Part shown: positions 6,937 through 14,264 of the stretch, in pieces
Layout of the letters: each line of letters starts with the position of its first letter
How positions within the stretch are numbered: position 1 is the first letter of the stretch
NCBI GenBank assembly: GCA_025057715.1
Contig: JANWVD010000007.1
Coordinates: forward strand, 1-14,447
DNA from: Aquificaceae bacterium
Lineage (GTDB): Bacteria; Aquificota; Aquificia; Aquificales; Aquificaceae
Length of the DNA stretch: 14,447 nucleotides
Direction: 5' to 3'
Program-made: the position numbers and the translations under genes
Notes under the pieces: model-generated
What the model was told of the DNA's origin: nothing
Seen by the model: the letters and a program-made list of their open reading frames with translations, nothing else
The model's database searches: none

Positions 6937-8357
6937 GAGTTTTTATACTTTTGTTAATAGCTTTTGCCTTAGGATATGCAGAGCCAGAGCTACTTATAAG
7001 AGATTACTTTTCGCGAAAGGGGAAAATTTTGTCAATTAGTCCGCAGGGGATAATTCTAAACTTAGATAAAACCAAAGTAAGAGAGGGCGAGGAGTTTTTA
7101 GTTCAGAGGTCAAAAGCAACTGTGGGGAAGGTAGCTATTACCTTACCCCAAGATAACTTTTCGGTCGCAAAACTAGTAGAGGGAAGCGTTCGCGAAGGGG
7201 ATGAGGTTATCTTATTTTCGCCGGAGGTTTGTTTTGAGGGCTCAGATGATTGGTTTTTCCGAATAGGTGCTCAAGTTAGTAATATAAAGCGTGGAAAAGC
7301 TGATTGTGTTTATAAAGTAAAGGAGCTAAAAACTGGGATTGGGGTTGAATTTAGGGGCTCGCCAAGTGCGTTCTTTGCCTTTCAAAGGCAGATACAGCGC
7401 GCCGGGGTTGAAGAGCTTAACCTAATGATGCGTCCAAAGCTCTTAAAGAGCTTGCCTTCATTGCCCGTTTTTGCAGAGGTTTGCAACTTCAATCAAAGAG
7501 AGCTCTTGCTAATTTTATATCAAAACAAGTTAGAGGCTTACGAGCTAACGCAAAAAGATTTAGTAAAAAGAGCAGAATACTCTTTGCCTGCGGGCGTTGG
7601 TGTGATGTTAGCCTGTGGGAGGTTTAGCAATAAGGATTTGGTTTTTGTAAGCATGGTCTCGGCAGATAGTGCCTCAAGCGTCGTGCTTGAGTTTGTTGGT
7701 GAGACATTCATTTTCAGAATAAGAGACTTTCCATACCTTGTGAGGGTGCTTGATAGAAAAAAGCCAGAGCAGACTTTAATTGCCCAAAGGCTAAGAAGGG
7801 GGGTTTTAGGTCCGCCTGTTAGATTAGCTGTAGATGAGCTTTCAATTAACGAAAGGGGAACCTTTGAAGCCCCGCCGGGGTTTAGGATAGATAGCGCCTT
7901 TTACTTTGGCAATACGCTGGTGTTTGTAGATGCCCTTGGTAGAGTGAGGGTCTTTTCAGGCTCTGGGGAGATTTTCTCAAGCGATGCGGGATTTGGTGGT
8001 TCTTATAACTACGTTGAAATTCCAGGGGATGTAAAGCAAACGCTTAGCTTTACCCCGCCGGGGACTATTATAGATGTGCTTGGCAATGAGGTTGCTTTGG
8101 TTATTAAAAACCAAAGCTCGGGCATTCAGAGGTTTTTTGATATTGTTAAGTTTTCAAGAGGTGAGCTCTTTAGCATAGTTTTGCCAAGACCTAACTTAGT
8201 TAATGTAAAACAGGTAAGAGGAAGCGCAATCGAAGAAAGCATTCAGGCGATATTAACTACCTCTGATGGTAGGATAATCGTAGTTTCTGGTAAGGTTGGC
8301 GCGCTTGGAATCTCTTCTAGCGGCGAAATTTACGAAGTTGAGCTAAAGCTCTTTTGA
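6933..8357 (+). CDS. Secreted/periplasmic protein of unknown function, 474 aa, TTG start, translationally coupled to leuB
   Basis: The TTG at 6933 overlaps the leuB TGA (TTGA). The in-frame reading opens only at 6915, so TTG is the first possible start. A GGAGG SD lies at 6921..6925. There is a classic Sec signal peptide (MRVFILLLIAFALGYA|EPE). Composition is non-repetitive and beta-rich. I recognise no family motif. Confidence 0.7.
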   Translation: MRVFILLLIAFALGYAEPELLIRDYFSRKGKILSISPQGIILNLDKTKVREGEEFLVQRSKATVGKVAITLPQDNFSVAKLVEGSVREGDEVILFSPEVCFEGSDDWFFRIGAQVSNIKRGKADCVYKVKELKTGIGVEFRGSPSAFFAFQRQIQRAGVEELNLMMRPKLLKSLPSLPVFAEVCNFNQRELLLILYQNKLEAYELTQKDLVKRAEYSLPAGVGVMLACGRFSNKDLVFVSMVSADSASSVVLEFVGETFIFRIRDFPYLVRVLDRKKPEQTLIAQRLRRGVLGPPVRLAVDELSINERGTFEAPPGFRIDSAFYFGNTLVFVDALGRVRVFSGSGEIFSSDAGFGGSYNYVEIPGDVKQTLSFTPPGTIIDVLGNEVALVIKNQSSGIQRFFDIVKFSRGELFSIVLPRPNLVNVKQVRGSAIEESIQAILTTSDGRIIVVSGKVGALGISSSGEIYEVELKLF

Positions 8358-9286
8358 AGCAAAAGCACTTTGAATGAGTTGCCCATGCTCACAAGCATGG
8401 TCTTTAGGCGCGAGATTCTTTCAAAGTCCTTGCTTTCAAAAGCCTTTAGATACTCGCTTTCAAAAGCCTCATTTAAGCTAAGAAACTCCCACAGGGTTTT
8501 GAAAAAAATCTCTCTATAGCCAAGAGAAGCTGCAATCTTCTTTATGGCAAGAAAGTCAACATCGGCAGTTATATCGGCACTAAATAAATCTGAAGGCTTT
8601 ACCTTTAGCGGGTCAAAGACCTTGTGAGAGCTGTAAGCTCTTAAGGTGAAAGAGGGGGGATTTAAATTGCCATAATCTATGATAAGAATATAACCCTCTT
8701 TTTGAGCGCTTGAGAGAGAGTTTAAAAACTCCTCGCATTCAAGGCAGAGTTCTGCATCTTTGAGGTCATAGCTCATCCTTTGAAGATAGTTTTGAACCTC
8801 TTGGCTTATTGGGTGATATTCATAGCCATCGGAGTTTACAAATACCTCAAAACCATCGCGGATAACATGCACGCAAAGGGCGTCAAAAAACTCGTTGGCA
8901 ATGAAAATTCCGCTAAAGGGCTCTAAGGTCTCAATCCAGCTTACGCAATCAAAGTCCTTTAATGCAAGTTTTTGAAGAGATTTTAAGTAGGGGCTTGTTT
9001 CTAATATCTTGTAGCTAACTTTAAGGTCTTTTAGCTCTAAAAGCAAATCTCTTGCTAAAGCGCCGCTTCCTGCGCCTGCTTCAAGGATGTCAAAAGAGTT
9101 CTTATCTTTAAAGAGTTCTCTTATTAAAAGAGCAATGGCTTTGCCAAAGGCGGAATCTAACTCAGGGGCTGTGAAGAAATCTCTGCGAAAGTCTCTATAA
9201 GAGTAGTAGTTCTTAGCATTATTTTGCATAAAGGTTGCAAAAGAGCAGGGATTATCCGGGGGGCCAGCCAAGTTGTCGCTTTGCAA
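8330..9286 (-). CDS. Class I SAM-dependent methyltransferase of the MidA/NDUFAF7 (DUF185, COG1565) type, 318 aa
   Basis: The N-terminal F(A)TFMQ..YY..DF.TAPE(L) region and the ILEAGAGSGALARDLL SAM-binding motif match the MidA/NDUFAF7 family layout. The 3' end overlaps the convergent upstream ORF by 28 nt, and the 5' end overlaps the hit stop by about 35 nt. Confidence 0.6.
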   Translation of the reverse strand: MQSDNLAGPPDNPCSFATFMQNNAKNYYSYRDFRRDFFTAPELDSAFGKAIALLIRELFKDKNSFDILEAGAGSGALARDLLLELKDLKVSYKILETSPYLKSLQKLALKDFDCVSWIETLEPFSGIFIANEFFDALCVHVIRDGFEVFVNSDGYEYHPISQEVQNYLQRMSYDLKDAELCLECEEFLNSLSSAQKEGYILIIDYGNLNPPSFTLRAYSSHKVFDPLKVKPSDLFSADITADVDFLAIKKIAASLGYREIFFKTLWEFLSLNEAFESEYLKAFESKDFERISRLKTMLVSMGNSFKVLLLQKSFSSTS

Positions 9287-9605
9287 TTAGGTGAAAGTGG
9301 ATGTGATAAACGCTTTGACCTGCGTCTTTACCGCAGTTACTGACTATTCTATAACCGCCTCCGCCGCTACTTGGGTCAAGACCAAGGCGGTTTGCTATGA
9401 GTTTGGCAGTATATAAAAGATGGCCGATGATGGGGATGTCTTCTTGAGATAGCTTATCAAGACCCTCTATGTGCTTTCTGGGGATTATCAAAATATGAAC
9501 TGGGGCAACGGGGTTGATATCCTCAAAGGCATAGACTAAATCGTCTGAATAGACCTCCTTTGAGGGAATTTCTTTCCTAAGAATCTTGCAAAATATGCAC
9601 TCCAT
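9252..9605 (-). CDS. HIT-family (histidine triad) nucleotide hydrolase, about 117 aa
   Basis: ECIFCKIL N-terminal motif, an HILIIPRKH core, and the histidine triad HIHFHLI near the C-terminus. The ORF track extends to 9629 (MPPIIISL...). That ATG abuts a GC hairpin with no room for an SD, and family alignments begin at M-E-C-I-F-C-K, so I place the start at the ATG at 9605. Confidence 0.8.
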   Translation of the reverse strand: MECIFCKILRKEIPSKEVYSDDLVYAFEDINPVAPVHILIIPRKHIEGLDKLSQEDIPIIGHLLYTAKLIANRLGLDPSSGGGGYRIVSNCGKDAGQSVYHIHFHLIAKRQLGWPPG

Positions 9606-9620
9606 TAGAGAAATTATAAT

Positions 9621-9650
9621 GGGGGGCATCGGGGGGCAAAGCCCCCCGAG
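9621..9650. terminator. GC-rich stem-loop (GGGGGGCATCGGGGGGCAAAGCCCCCCG) in the lptB-hit spacer; T-rich on the + side, A-rich on the - side
   Basis: CGGGGGGC-AAA-GCCCCCCG is a perfect 8-bp stem with a 3-nt loop at 9630..9648. A second G6 run at 9621..9626 could pair with the same C6 run instead. On the + strand it is followed by AGTTTTATGTTTTAT, which gives an intrinsic-terminator geometry. Confidence 0.4.
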
Positions 9651-9659
9651 TTTTATGTT

Positions 9660-10373
9660 TTATAAAAAGTCTTTGCCTAAATAGACTTCCTGGACATCTG
9701 GGCGGAGGCTAACCTCCAGAGGGTCGCCTTTGGCTAATATCTTACCCTCAGAGAGGATGTAGACCTTGCTTACCATGCGGATAGTTTCGCGAACGTTGTG
9801 GTCTGTGATAAGAATGCCTATGCCCTCGGCAACAAGCTCAAAGAGAAGGTTTTTTATCTGGGATAGGATGATTGGGTCTATGCCGGCAAAGGGCTCATCG
9901 AGAAAGAGAAACTTAGGGCGAAGTATCATTGCCCTTGCAATCTCAAGGCGGCGCTTTTGACCGCCAGAGAGATGACCTGCTTTTAGCATAGAGACCTCTT
10001 CAAGTCCAAAGCGGGCAAGCAAGTCAAAAGCAAGAGGCTTTCGAGCGCTTGGGGAAATGCCGGCGAGTTCTGTAAAGATTAGAAGATTTTCAAGGGTTGA
10101 AAGCTCGTCAAAGAGGGTATGCTCTTGGGGCAAAAAGGCTATGCCGCTCTTTGCTCTTAGATGCGCGGGCACTAAGGTGATATCCTTTCCATTTAGGAAG
10201 ATTTTGCCAAAGTCGGGAAAGATAAAGCCAACGAGGAGGTTAAAGAGGGTGGTTTTGCCAGCGCCGTTTGGACCAAGAAGACCTACCAGCTCGCCGGGTG
10301 AGAGTTCTATGTCGATGCCTTTTAGGATGGGTCTTTTTTTGTAGCTCTTTGTAAGATTTTGACCAACGAGCAT
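9660..10373 (-). CDS. lptB: LPS export ABC transporter ATP-binding protein LptB, 237 aa
   Basis: Walker A GPNGAGKTT, the LSGGQ signature (LSGGQKRR), Walker B FLFLDEPFAGIDP (the LptB-typical EPFAGxDP) and the C-terminal EVYLGKDF (LptB-typical VYLGxxF). The ORF track start at 10463 adds about 30 non-conserved residues. Family alignments begin at MLVGQNLTKSY, so I place the start at the ATG at 10373. Confidence 0.85.
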   Translation of the reverse strand: MLVGQNLTKSYKKRPILKGIDIELSPGELVGLLGPNGAGKTTLFNLLVGFIFPDFGKIFLNGKDITLVPAHLRAKSGIAFLPQEHTLFDELSTLENLLIFTELAGISPSARKPLAFDLLARFGLEEVSMLKAGHLSGGQKRRLEIARAMILRPKFLFLDEPFAGIDPIILSQIKNLLFELVAEGIGILITDHNVRETIRMVSKVYILSEGKILAKGDPLEVSLRPDVQEVYLGKDFL

Positions 10374-10410
10374 TAAGTTAGATTTTAAGACCTTAGAGTG
10401 TAAGGACAAA

Positions 10411-10791
10411 GTGCTGTGGTTTAAAATCAGTATCCTTATGAGTAGCTTTGGTCCATATAGCAAAGCTCTTAGGGCTGGCGGGTTTTTGTTCCTTTCGGGG
10501 CAGATTGGGTTTAATAGTCAAACCCAGAAATTAGAGGAGGGGTTTTATAATCAAACATTGCGAGCTCTTAAGAACGCAGAAGCCATATTAGAGAGCTTTG
10601 GCTTAAGTAGGCATAAGGTGGTGAAGGTAGTTGCGTATCTTACAGATATGAGCGCTTTTGAGGAGTTTAACATCGTCTATGGCGAGTTTTTTAAAGACGT
10701 TGAGCCAAAGCCAGTTAGAAGCACGGTGGGGGTTAAAGAGCTCCCGCTTGGCGCTCTTATTGAGCTTGAGCTAACAGCGTTCGATGGTTGA
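10411..10791 (+). CDS. ridA: RidA/YjgF/TdcF-family reactive intermediate deaminase, 126 aa
   Basis: FGPYSKA...LFLSGQIG N-terminal region and the conserved R..V...ELP...IE.E..A C-terminal motif (VRSTVGVKELPLGALIELELTAF). The start is a GTG at 10411 with an AAGGA SD 4 nt upstream; this places the GPY motif at residues 14-16 as in E. coli RidA. The stop overlaps the dnaB start (ATGGTTGA). Confidence 0.8.
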   Translation: MLWFKISILMSSFGPYSKALRAGGFLFLSGQIGFNSQTQKLEEGFYNQTLRALKNAEAILESFGLSRHKVVKVVAYLTDMSAFEEFNIVYGEFFKDVEPKPVRSTVGVKELPLGALIELELTAFDG

Positions 10792-12169
10792 GATAGAGCT
10801 CCCGCATAGCGAAATAGCAGAAAGGGCAATCATAGGGAGTATGATTCTCGAGCCAGACAACATCCCCTTGGTTCTTGAGCATCTATCTGAGAGGGATTTT
10901 TACTTTGAGCATCATAGGGCGTTTTTTAGCTTGCTTTGTAAAATCTGGGAAGATAAGGGCAGGGATTGGGACGATGTTGTTTTAAGAGACTATATAGTCA
11001 AAAACGGGCTTAGCGCGAAGATAAGCCTTGAGATGGCTTACGCGCTTGCCAAAGAGGGCACTAAAGGGGCTCTCCTTGAAGAGGCAATAAGGAGCGTCAA
11101 AGAAAAATCCGGGATGAGGACTCTTGTCGAGCTCTCGCTCGAGGTTTTAAAAAGGGTAAAGCAAGAGCCAGAATTGGGGGAAATTATTGAATTAATCAAC
11201 GAAAAAGTCCAAGAGATATCAGAAAAGCATGTTGGGCATCAGTTTTACCACATAAGAGACATCATAAAGCTCGTGCTTGAGATAATAGAGCAAAACAGAA
11301 ACAAAGATAGGATAGTTACTGGTAAACAGAGCGGATTTATAGAGCTTGACCAGCTCACAAATGGCTTTCAACAATCGGATTATATAGTCATAGCCGCAAG
11401 GCCGGGCATGGGCAAGAGTTCTTTTATGCTGTCTATAGCCTTAAATATGGCGCTTGAAGAGAGGCTGCCTGTGGTTATCTATTCACTCGAGATGAGCAAA
11501 GAGCAGCTCATTATGAGGGCGCTATCGATGCACTCTGGGATAGCCTTGCAAAAGCTCAGGAACGGAAACCTTATTAGCTCTGAGATGGAAAAGCTCCATG
11601 CAGCAGCGCTTAACCTATCTAGGGCAAACATCCTCATAGACGATTCTGCAACCCTTACGGCAACGGACATACGCCTAAGGACAAGAAAGCTCAAAAAGGA
11701 GATGAACATAGGCGCTATTTTTATAGATTACCTTCAGCTAATAAAGATTGCACAAAAACGCGCTTCGCGCCAAGAGGAGGTGGCAGAGACATCAAGAAAC
11801 TTAAAATCCCTCGCCAAAGAGCTCTCTGTGCCGGTAATTGCGCTTGCGCAGCTTTCGCGCCAAGTTGAACATAGAGCCGATAAGCGCCCGCAGCTTGCGG
11901 ACCTAAGAGAGTCTGGTCAGATAGAGCAAGACGCTGATTTGGTTATCTTCATACATAGACCAGAATATTACAAGAAAAAACCCCTCCCAGAGGAAGAGGG
12001 TGTTGCTGAGATTATAGTAGCCAAGCAAAGACAAGGACCCACGGGGATAGTAAAGCTTGCCTTTCTTAAAGAGACCACAGGCTTTAAAAACCTGCAGGCT
12101 GGGATTATGACCTTTGATAGCGATGGTGATGATAGCTCAGATGAGGATATGGATATAGAGTTGGATTAA
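10784..12169 (+). CDS. dnaB: Replicative DNA helicase DnaB, 461 aa, no intein
   Basis: N-terminal primase-interaction domain (LPHSEIAERAIIGSMILEPD), a RecA-fold core with Walker A ARPGMGKSSF and Walker B IFIDYLQL, an arginine finger region and a QLSR motif. It ends in an acidic tail (DSDGDDSSDEDMDIELD). Confidence 0.9.
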   Translation: MVEIELPHSEIAERAIIGSMILEPDNIPLVLEHLSERDFYFEHHRAFFSLLCKIWEDKGRDWDDVVLRDYIVKNGLSAKISLEMAYALAKEGTKGALLEEAIRSVKEKSGMRTLVELSLEVLKRVKQEPELGEIIELINEKVQEISEKHVGHQFYHIRDIIKLVLEIIEQNRNKDRIVTGKQSGFIELDQLTNGFQQSDYIVIAARPGMGKSSFMLSIALNMALEERLPVVIYSLEMSKEQLIMRALSMHSGIALQKLRNGNLISSEMEKLHAAALNLSRANILIDDSATLTATDIRLRTRKLKKEMNIGAIFIDYLQLIKIAQKRASRQEEVAETSRNLKSLAKELSVPVIALAQLSRQVEHRADKRPQLADLRESGQIEQDADLVIFIHRPEYYKKKPLPEEEGVAEIIVAKQRQGPTGIVKLAFLKETTGFKNLQAGIMTFDSDGDDSSDEDMDIELD

Positions 12170-12173
12170 AATA

Positions 12174-12260
12174 TAGATTACCCGCAACGGGACAGGGTTG
12201 AACCCCGCCAGGTCCGAAAGGGAGCAACGGTAGGCCTGCCGTCTCGGGTGCGGAATTTAA
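12174..12260 (+). ncRNA. ffs: Signal recognition particle RNA (small bacterial 4.5S-type SRP RNA)
   Basis: CCCGCAAC near the 5' end matches E. coli 4.5S UCCCGCAAC. The domain IV / helix 8 core CAGGUCCGAAAGGGAGCAACGGUAGG matches the consensus CAGGUCCGGAAGGAAGCAGCCAAGG, including the GNRA tetraloop (GAAA) and the AGCA asymmetric loop. 5' CCGCA and 3' UGCGG pair to close helix 5. It lies in the 94-nt gap between dnaB and the helicase gene. The ends are approximate, to about +/-5 nt. Confidence 0.75.
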
Positions 12261-12263
12261 AAG

Positions 12264-14186
12264 ATGCTAAACCCTGAACAGGAGAGGGCGGTAAAGCATT
12301 TTGGTAAGCCGTTGCTCGTAGTTGCTGGGGCTGGCTCTGGAAAGACCAAGACTTTAGCTCATAAGGTGGAATTTTTAGTAAAAGAAAAGGGCATTGACCC
12401 AGCAAGAATCTTGGCAATTACCTTCACAAACAAAGCAGGAAAGGAAATTTTCGACAGGGTAAAAGCCGTTGCAGGGGTGGAGCTATCGTGGGTTGGCACC
12501 TTTCACTCAACGGGGCTTAAGTTAATTAGAGAGGAGAGTAAATATCTTGGAATAAGACCCAATGTCGCAGTTTTTGAGGGTCAAGAGCGCACAAGCTTAT
12601 TAAAACGCCTCGCAAAGGGAGCTAATTTAAATCTGCCCGAGTTTGAAGATTACATTGCCCGAAGGATAGAAGACCTTCAGCCACCAGGAGCGAAATTTGA
12701 AAACTTATTTCAGCAATACTTAAAAACCCTTCACGAACTAAATGTTCTTGATTTTACATTCATAATGTACTATGTCCACAAATTAGTCACATCAAAAAAG
12801 ATAGATAAGTTTGACTTTGTCCTGATAGACGAATTTCAAGACACAAACACCATACAATACGAGATTGTCAAGGCTTTAGAAAAGCAAAATGTATGCGTTG
12901 TTGGCGATCCTAATCAATGTATCTACGAATGGAGATATGCAAGACCGGAAAACATCCTACGCTTTAATACAGATTTCAATCCAGATGTGATTAAATTGGA
13001 GCGAAACTATCGCTCCGTGCCCGCGGTTATTTACATAGCTAATGCGGTGCTTTCAGAATCCCAAGCGCAGTGGAAGGACCTGATTCCCGTTTTAAAACCG
13101 ACTAAGTCCGGTGAGCAAAAACCAGTCTTAGTTGCGTTTAACAAAGAAGACGAAGAGGCCCTTTATATAGCATCTCAGATTGAGAATCTGAGGGCAAGCA
13201 CTGAGCTAAACGACATTGCAATTCTTGTTAGGACGAGCTTCGTGACAGATAGCATCGAAAGAGCTCTTCAAAGCAAGAAAATCCCATACAGAGTTGTCGG
13301 AACGGTGAAGTTTTTCGAGCGCGCCGAGGTAAAAGATGTCCTTTGCTTTTTCAAACTTTTAACAAACCCATACGACAAAGTAAGTTTAGAAAGAGCAATC
13401 AAAATAGCAACGAGGGGAATTGGAGAAAAAACGATAGAATCAATATTAAAAATAGGCGGTGAAAACGCGATTGCCGGATGCAAACTTGCTATAAATACCT
13501 TGGATGAATACAAAGCCAAGGAGATGGAGCAGTTTTTACGCTCGCTTAGCTATTTGTATCAGGGTTTAAATAACTACAACGAAAGAATCGTTAGGTTTCT
13601 TGGCATGATTGATTTTGATGGATATTTACAAAGAACTTACAAAGATTACGAAGATAGGTTAGATAATGTAAAAGAGCTATTAAAGTACTTAAACCAAAAA
13701 CATTCCGAGGGTTATACGATTCAAGAAGTCCTTAGCGAAGTCGGTTTTTCAGAGGAAGACGAGGAAAGCGCAAAAGCCGTAAAGATAATGACTATTCATG
13801 CAAGTAAAGGTCTCGAGTTTAAAGTGGTATTTTTACCGAGGTTAGAGGAAGGGATTTTACCACATGAAAAAAGTATGCGCTTTAACAAGATAGAAGAAGA
13901 GCTAAGGCTATTTTATGTAGCAGTCACGAGAGCACGCGAGATTTTATACATGACATACTGTAAAAACTCAAAACAGAGTAGATTTTTATCCTACATACCC
14001 CGTCAGCTTATAAATATGCAAGCTCAGTCAGCATCAGCTCCGAGAACTCATCTTAAAATAGGGGACTTAGTATCTCACCAACTATTTGGACAGGGTAAAG
14101 TTCTTGGTATAGAGGGTGAGAAGATAACCGTTGAATTCAAGGTCGGTAAGAAAACCATACATCACGCCTTTCTGAAAAAGATATGA
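12264..14186 (+). CDS. UvrD/PcrA/Rep-type superfamily-1A ATP-dependent DNA helicase, compact at 640 aa
   Basis: Q-motif LNPEQERAV, Walker A AGAGSGKT, motif II DEFQDTN, motif III VVGDPNQCIYEWRYA, motif IV NYRS, motif V TIHASKGLEF, motif VI FYVAVTRARE, and a C-terminal Tudor-like tail (IGDLVSHQLFGQGKVLGIEG...). There is no SD; the ATG lies about 4-8 nt past the estimated ffs 3' end. Confidence 0.85.
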   Translation: MLNPEQERAVKHFGKPLLVVAGAGSGKTKTLAHKVEFLVKEKGIDPARILAITFTNKAGKEIFDRVKAVAGVELSWVGTFHSTGLKLIREESKYLGIRPNVAVFEGQERTSLLKRLAKGANLNLPEFEDYIARRIEDLQPPGAKFENLFQQYLKTLHELNVLDFTFIMYYVHKLVTSKKIDKFDFVLIDEFQDTNTIQYEIVKALEKQNVCVVGDPNQCIYEWRYARPENILRFNTDFNPDVIKLERNYRSVPAVIYIANAVLSESQAQWKDLIPVLKPTKSGEQKPVLVAFNKEDEEALYIASQIENLRASTELNDIAILVRTSFVTDSIERALQSKKIPYRVVGTVKFFERAEVKDVLCFFKLLTNPYDKVSLERAIKIATRGIGEKTIESILKIGGENAIAGCKLAINTLDEYKAKEMEQFLRSLSYLYQGLNNYNERIVRFLGMIDFDGYLQRTYKDYEDRLDNVKELLKYLNQKHSEGYTIQEVLSEVGFSEEDEESAKAVKIMTIHASKGLEFKVVFLPRLEEGILPHEKSMRFNKIEEELRLFYVAVTRAREILYMTYCKNSKQSRFLSYIPRQLINMQAQSASAPRTHLKIGDLVSHQLFGQGKVLGIEGEKITVEFKVGKKTIHHAFLKKI

Positions 14187-14207
14187 GTGTTATCATAAAA
14201 CTAACCC

Positions 14208-14235
14208 TTGAAAGCTATATCGCGATGGTTATATT
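14208..14235 (+). promoter_or_regulatory. Candidate sigma-70-like promoter for the erpA/iscA-like gene (TTGAAA-N16-TATATT)
   Basis: TTGAAA at 14208..14213 and TATATT at 14230..14235, 16-nt spacer, about 30 nt upstream of the ATG, in the 79-nt spacer after the helicase stop. Confidence 0.3.
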
Positions 14236-14264
14236 CTTAATCATTACTAATAAGGAGGTTTAAT

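Noticed and set aside
9606-9629. Upstream ATG of the HIT ORF (MPPIIISL...)
   Set aside because: It would place the start codon immediately against a strong GC hairpin with no SD. Homologues start at the M-E-C-I-F-C-K motif.
9766-10344. Plus-strand ORFs of 64 and 95 aa inside lptB
   Set aside because: Antisense to the ABC ATPase. Arg/Ser-rich shadow frames.
10374-10463. Long N-terminal extension of lptB (start at 10463, MLYGPKLLIRILILNHSTLSLHSKVLKSNL...)
   Set aside because: The extension has no LptB homology and would overlap the ridA start and promoter region. Family alignments begin at MLVGQNLTKSY (ATG at 10373).
11479-11709. 76-aa minus-strand ORF inside dnaB
   Set aside because: Antisense shadow ORF.
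10784-12169. Possible intein in DnaB (common in some thermophile dnaB genes)
   Set aside because: The protein is 461 aa with contiguous helicase motifs. There is no insertion and no Cys/Ser...His-Asn splice junctions.
12178-12417. 79-aa minus-strand ORF in the six-frame track
   Set aside because: It lies on top of the SRP RNA and the 5' end of the helicase gene. Its composition (P/R/G/W-rich) is a typical antisense translation of GC-rich structured RNA. No start context.
13268-13519. 83-aa minus-strand ORF inside the helicase gene
   Set aside because: Antisense shadow ORF.
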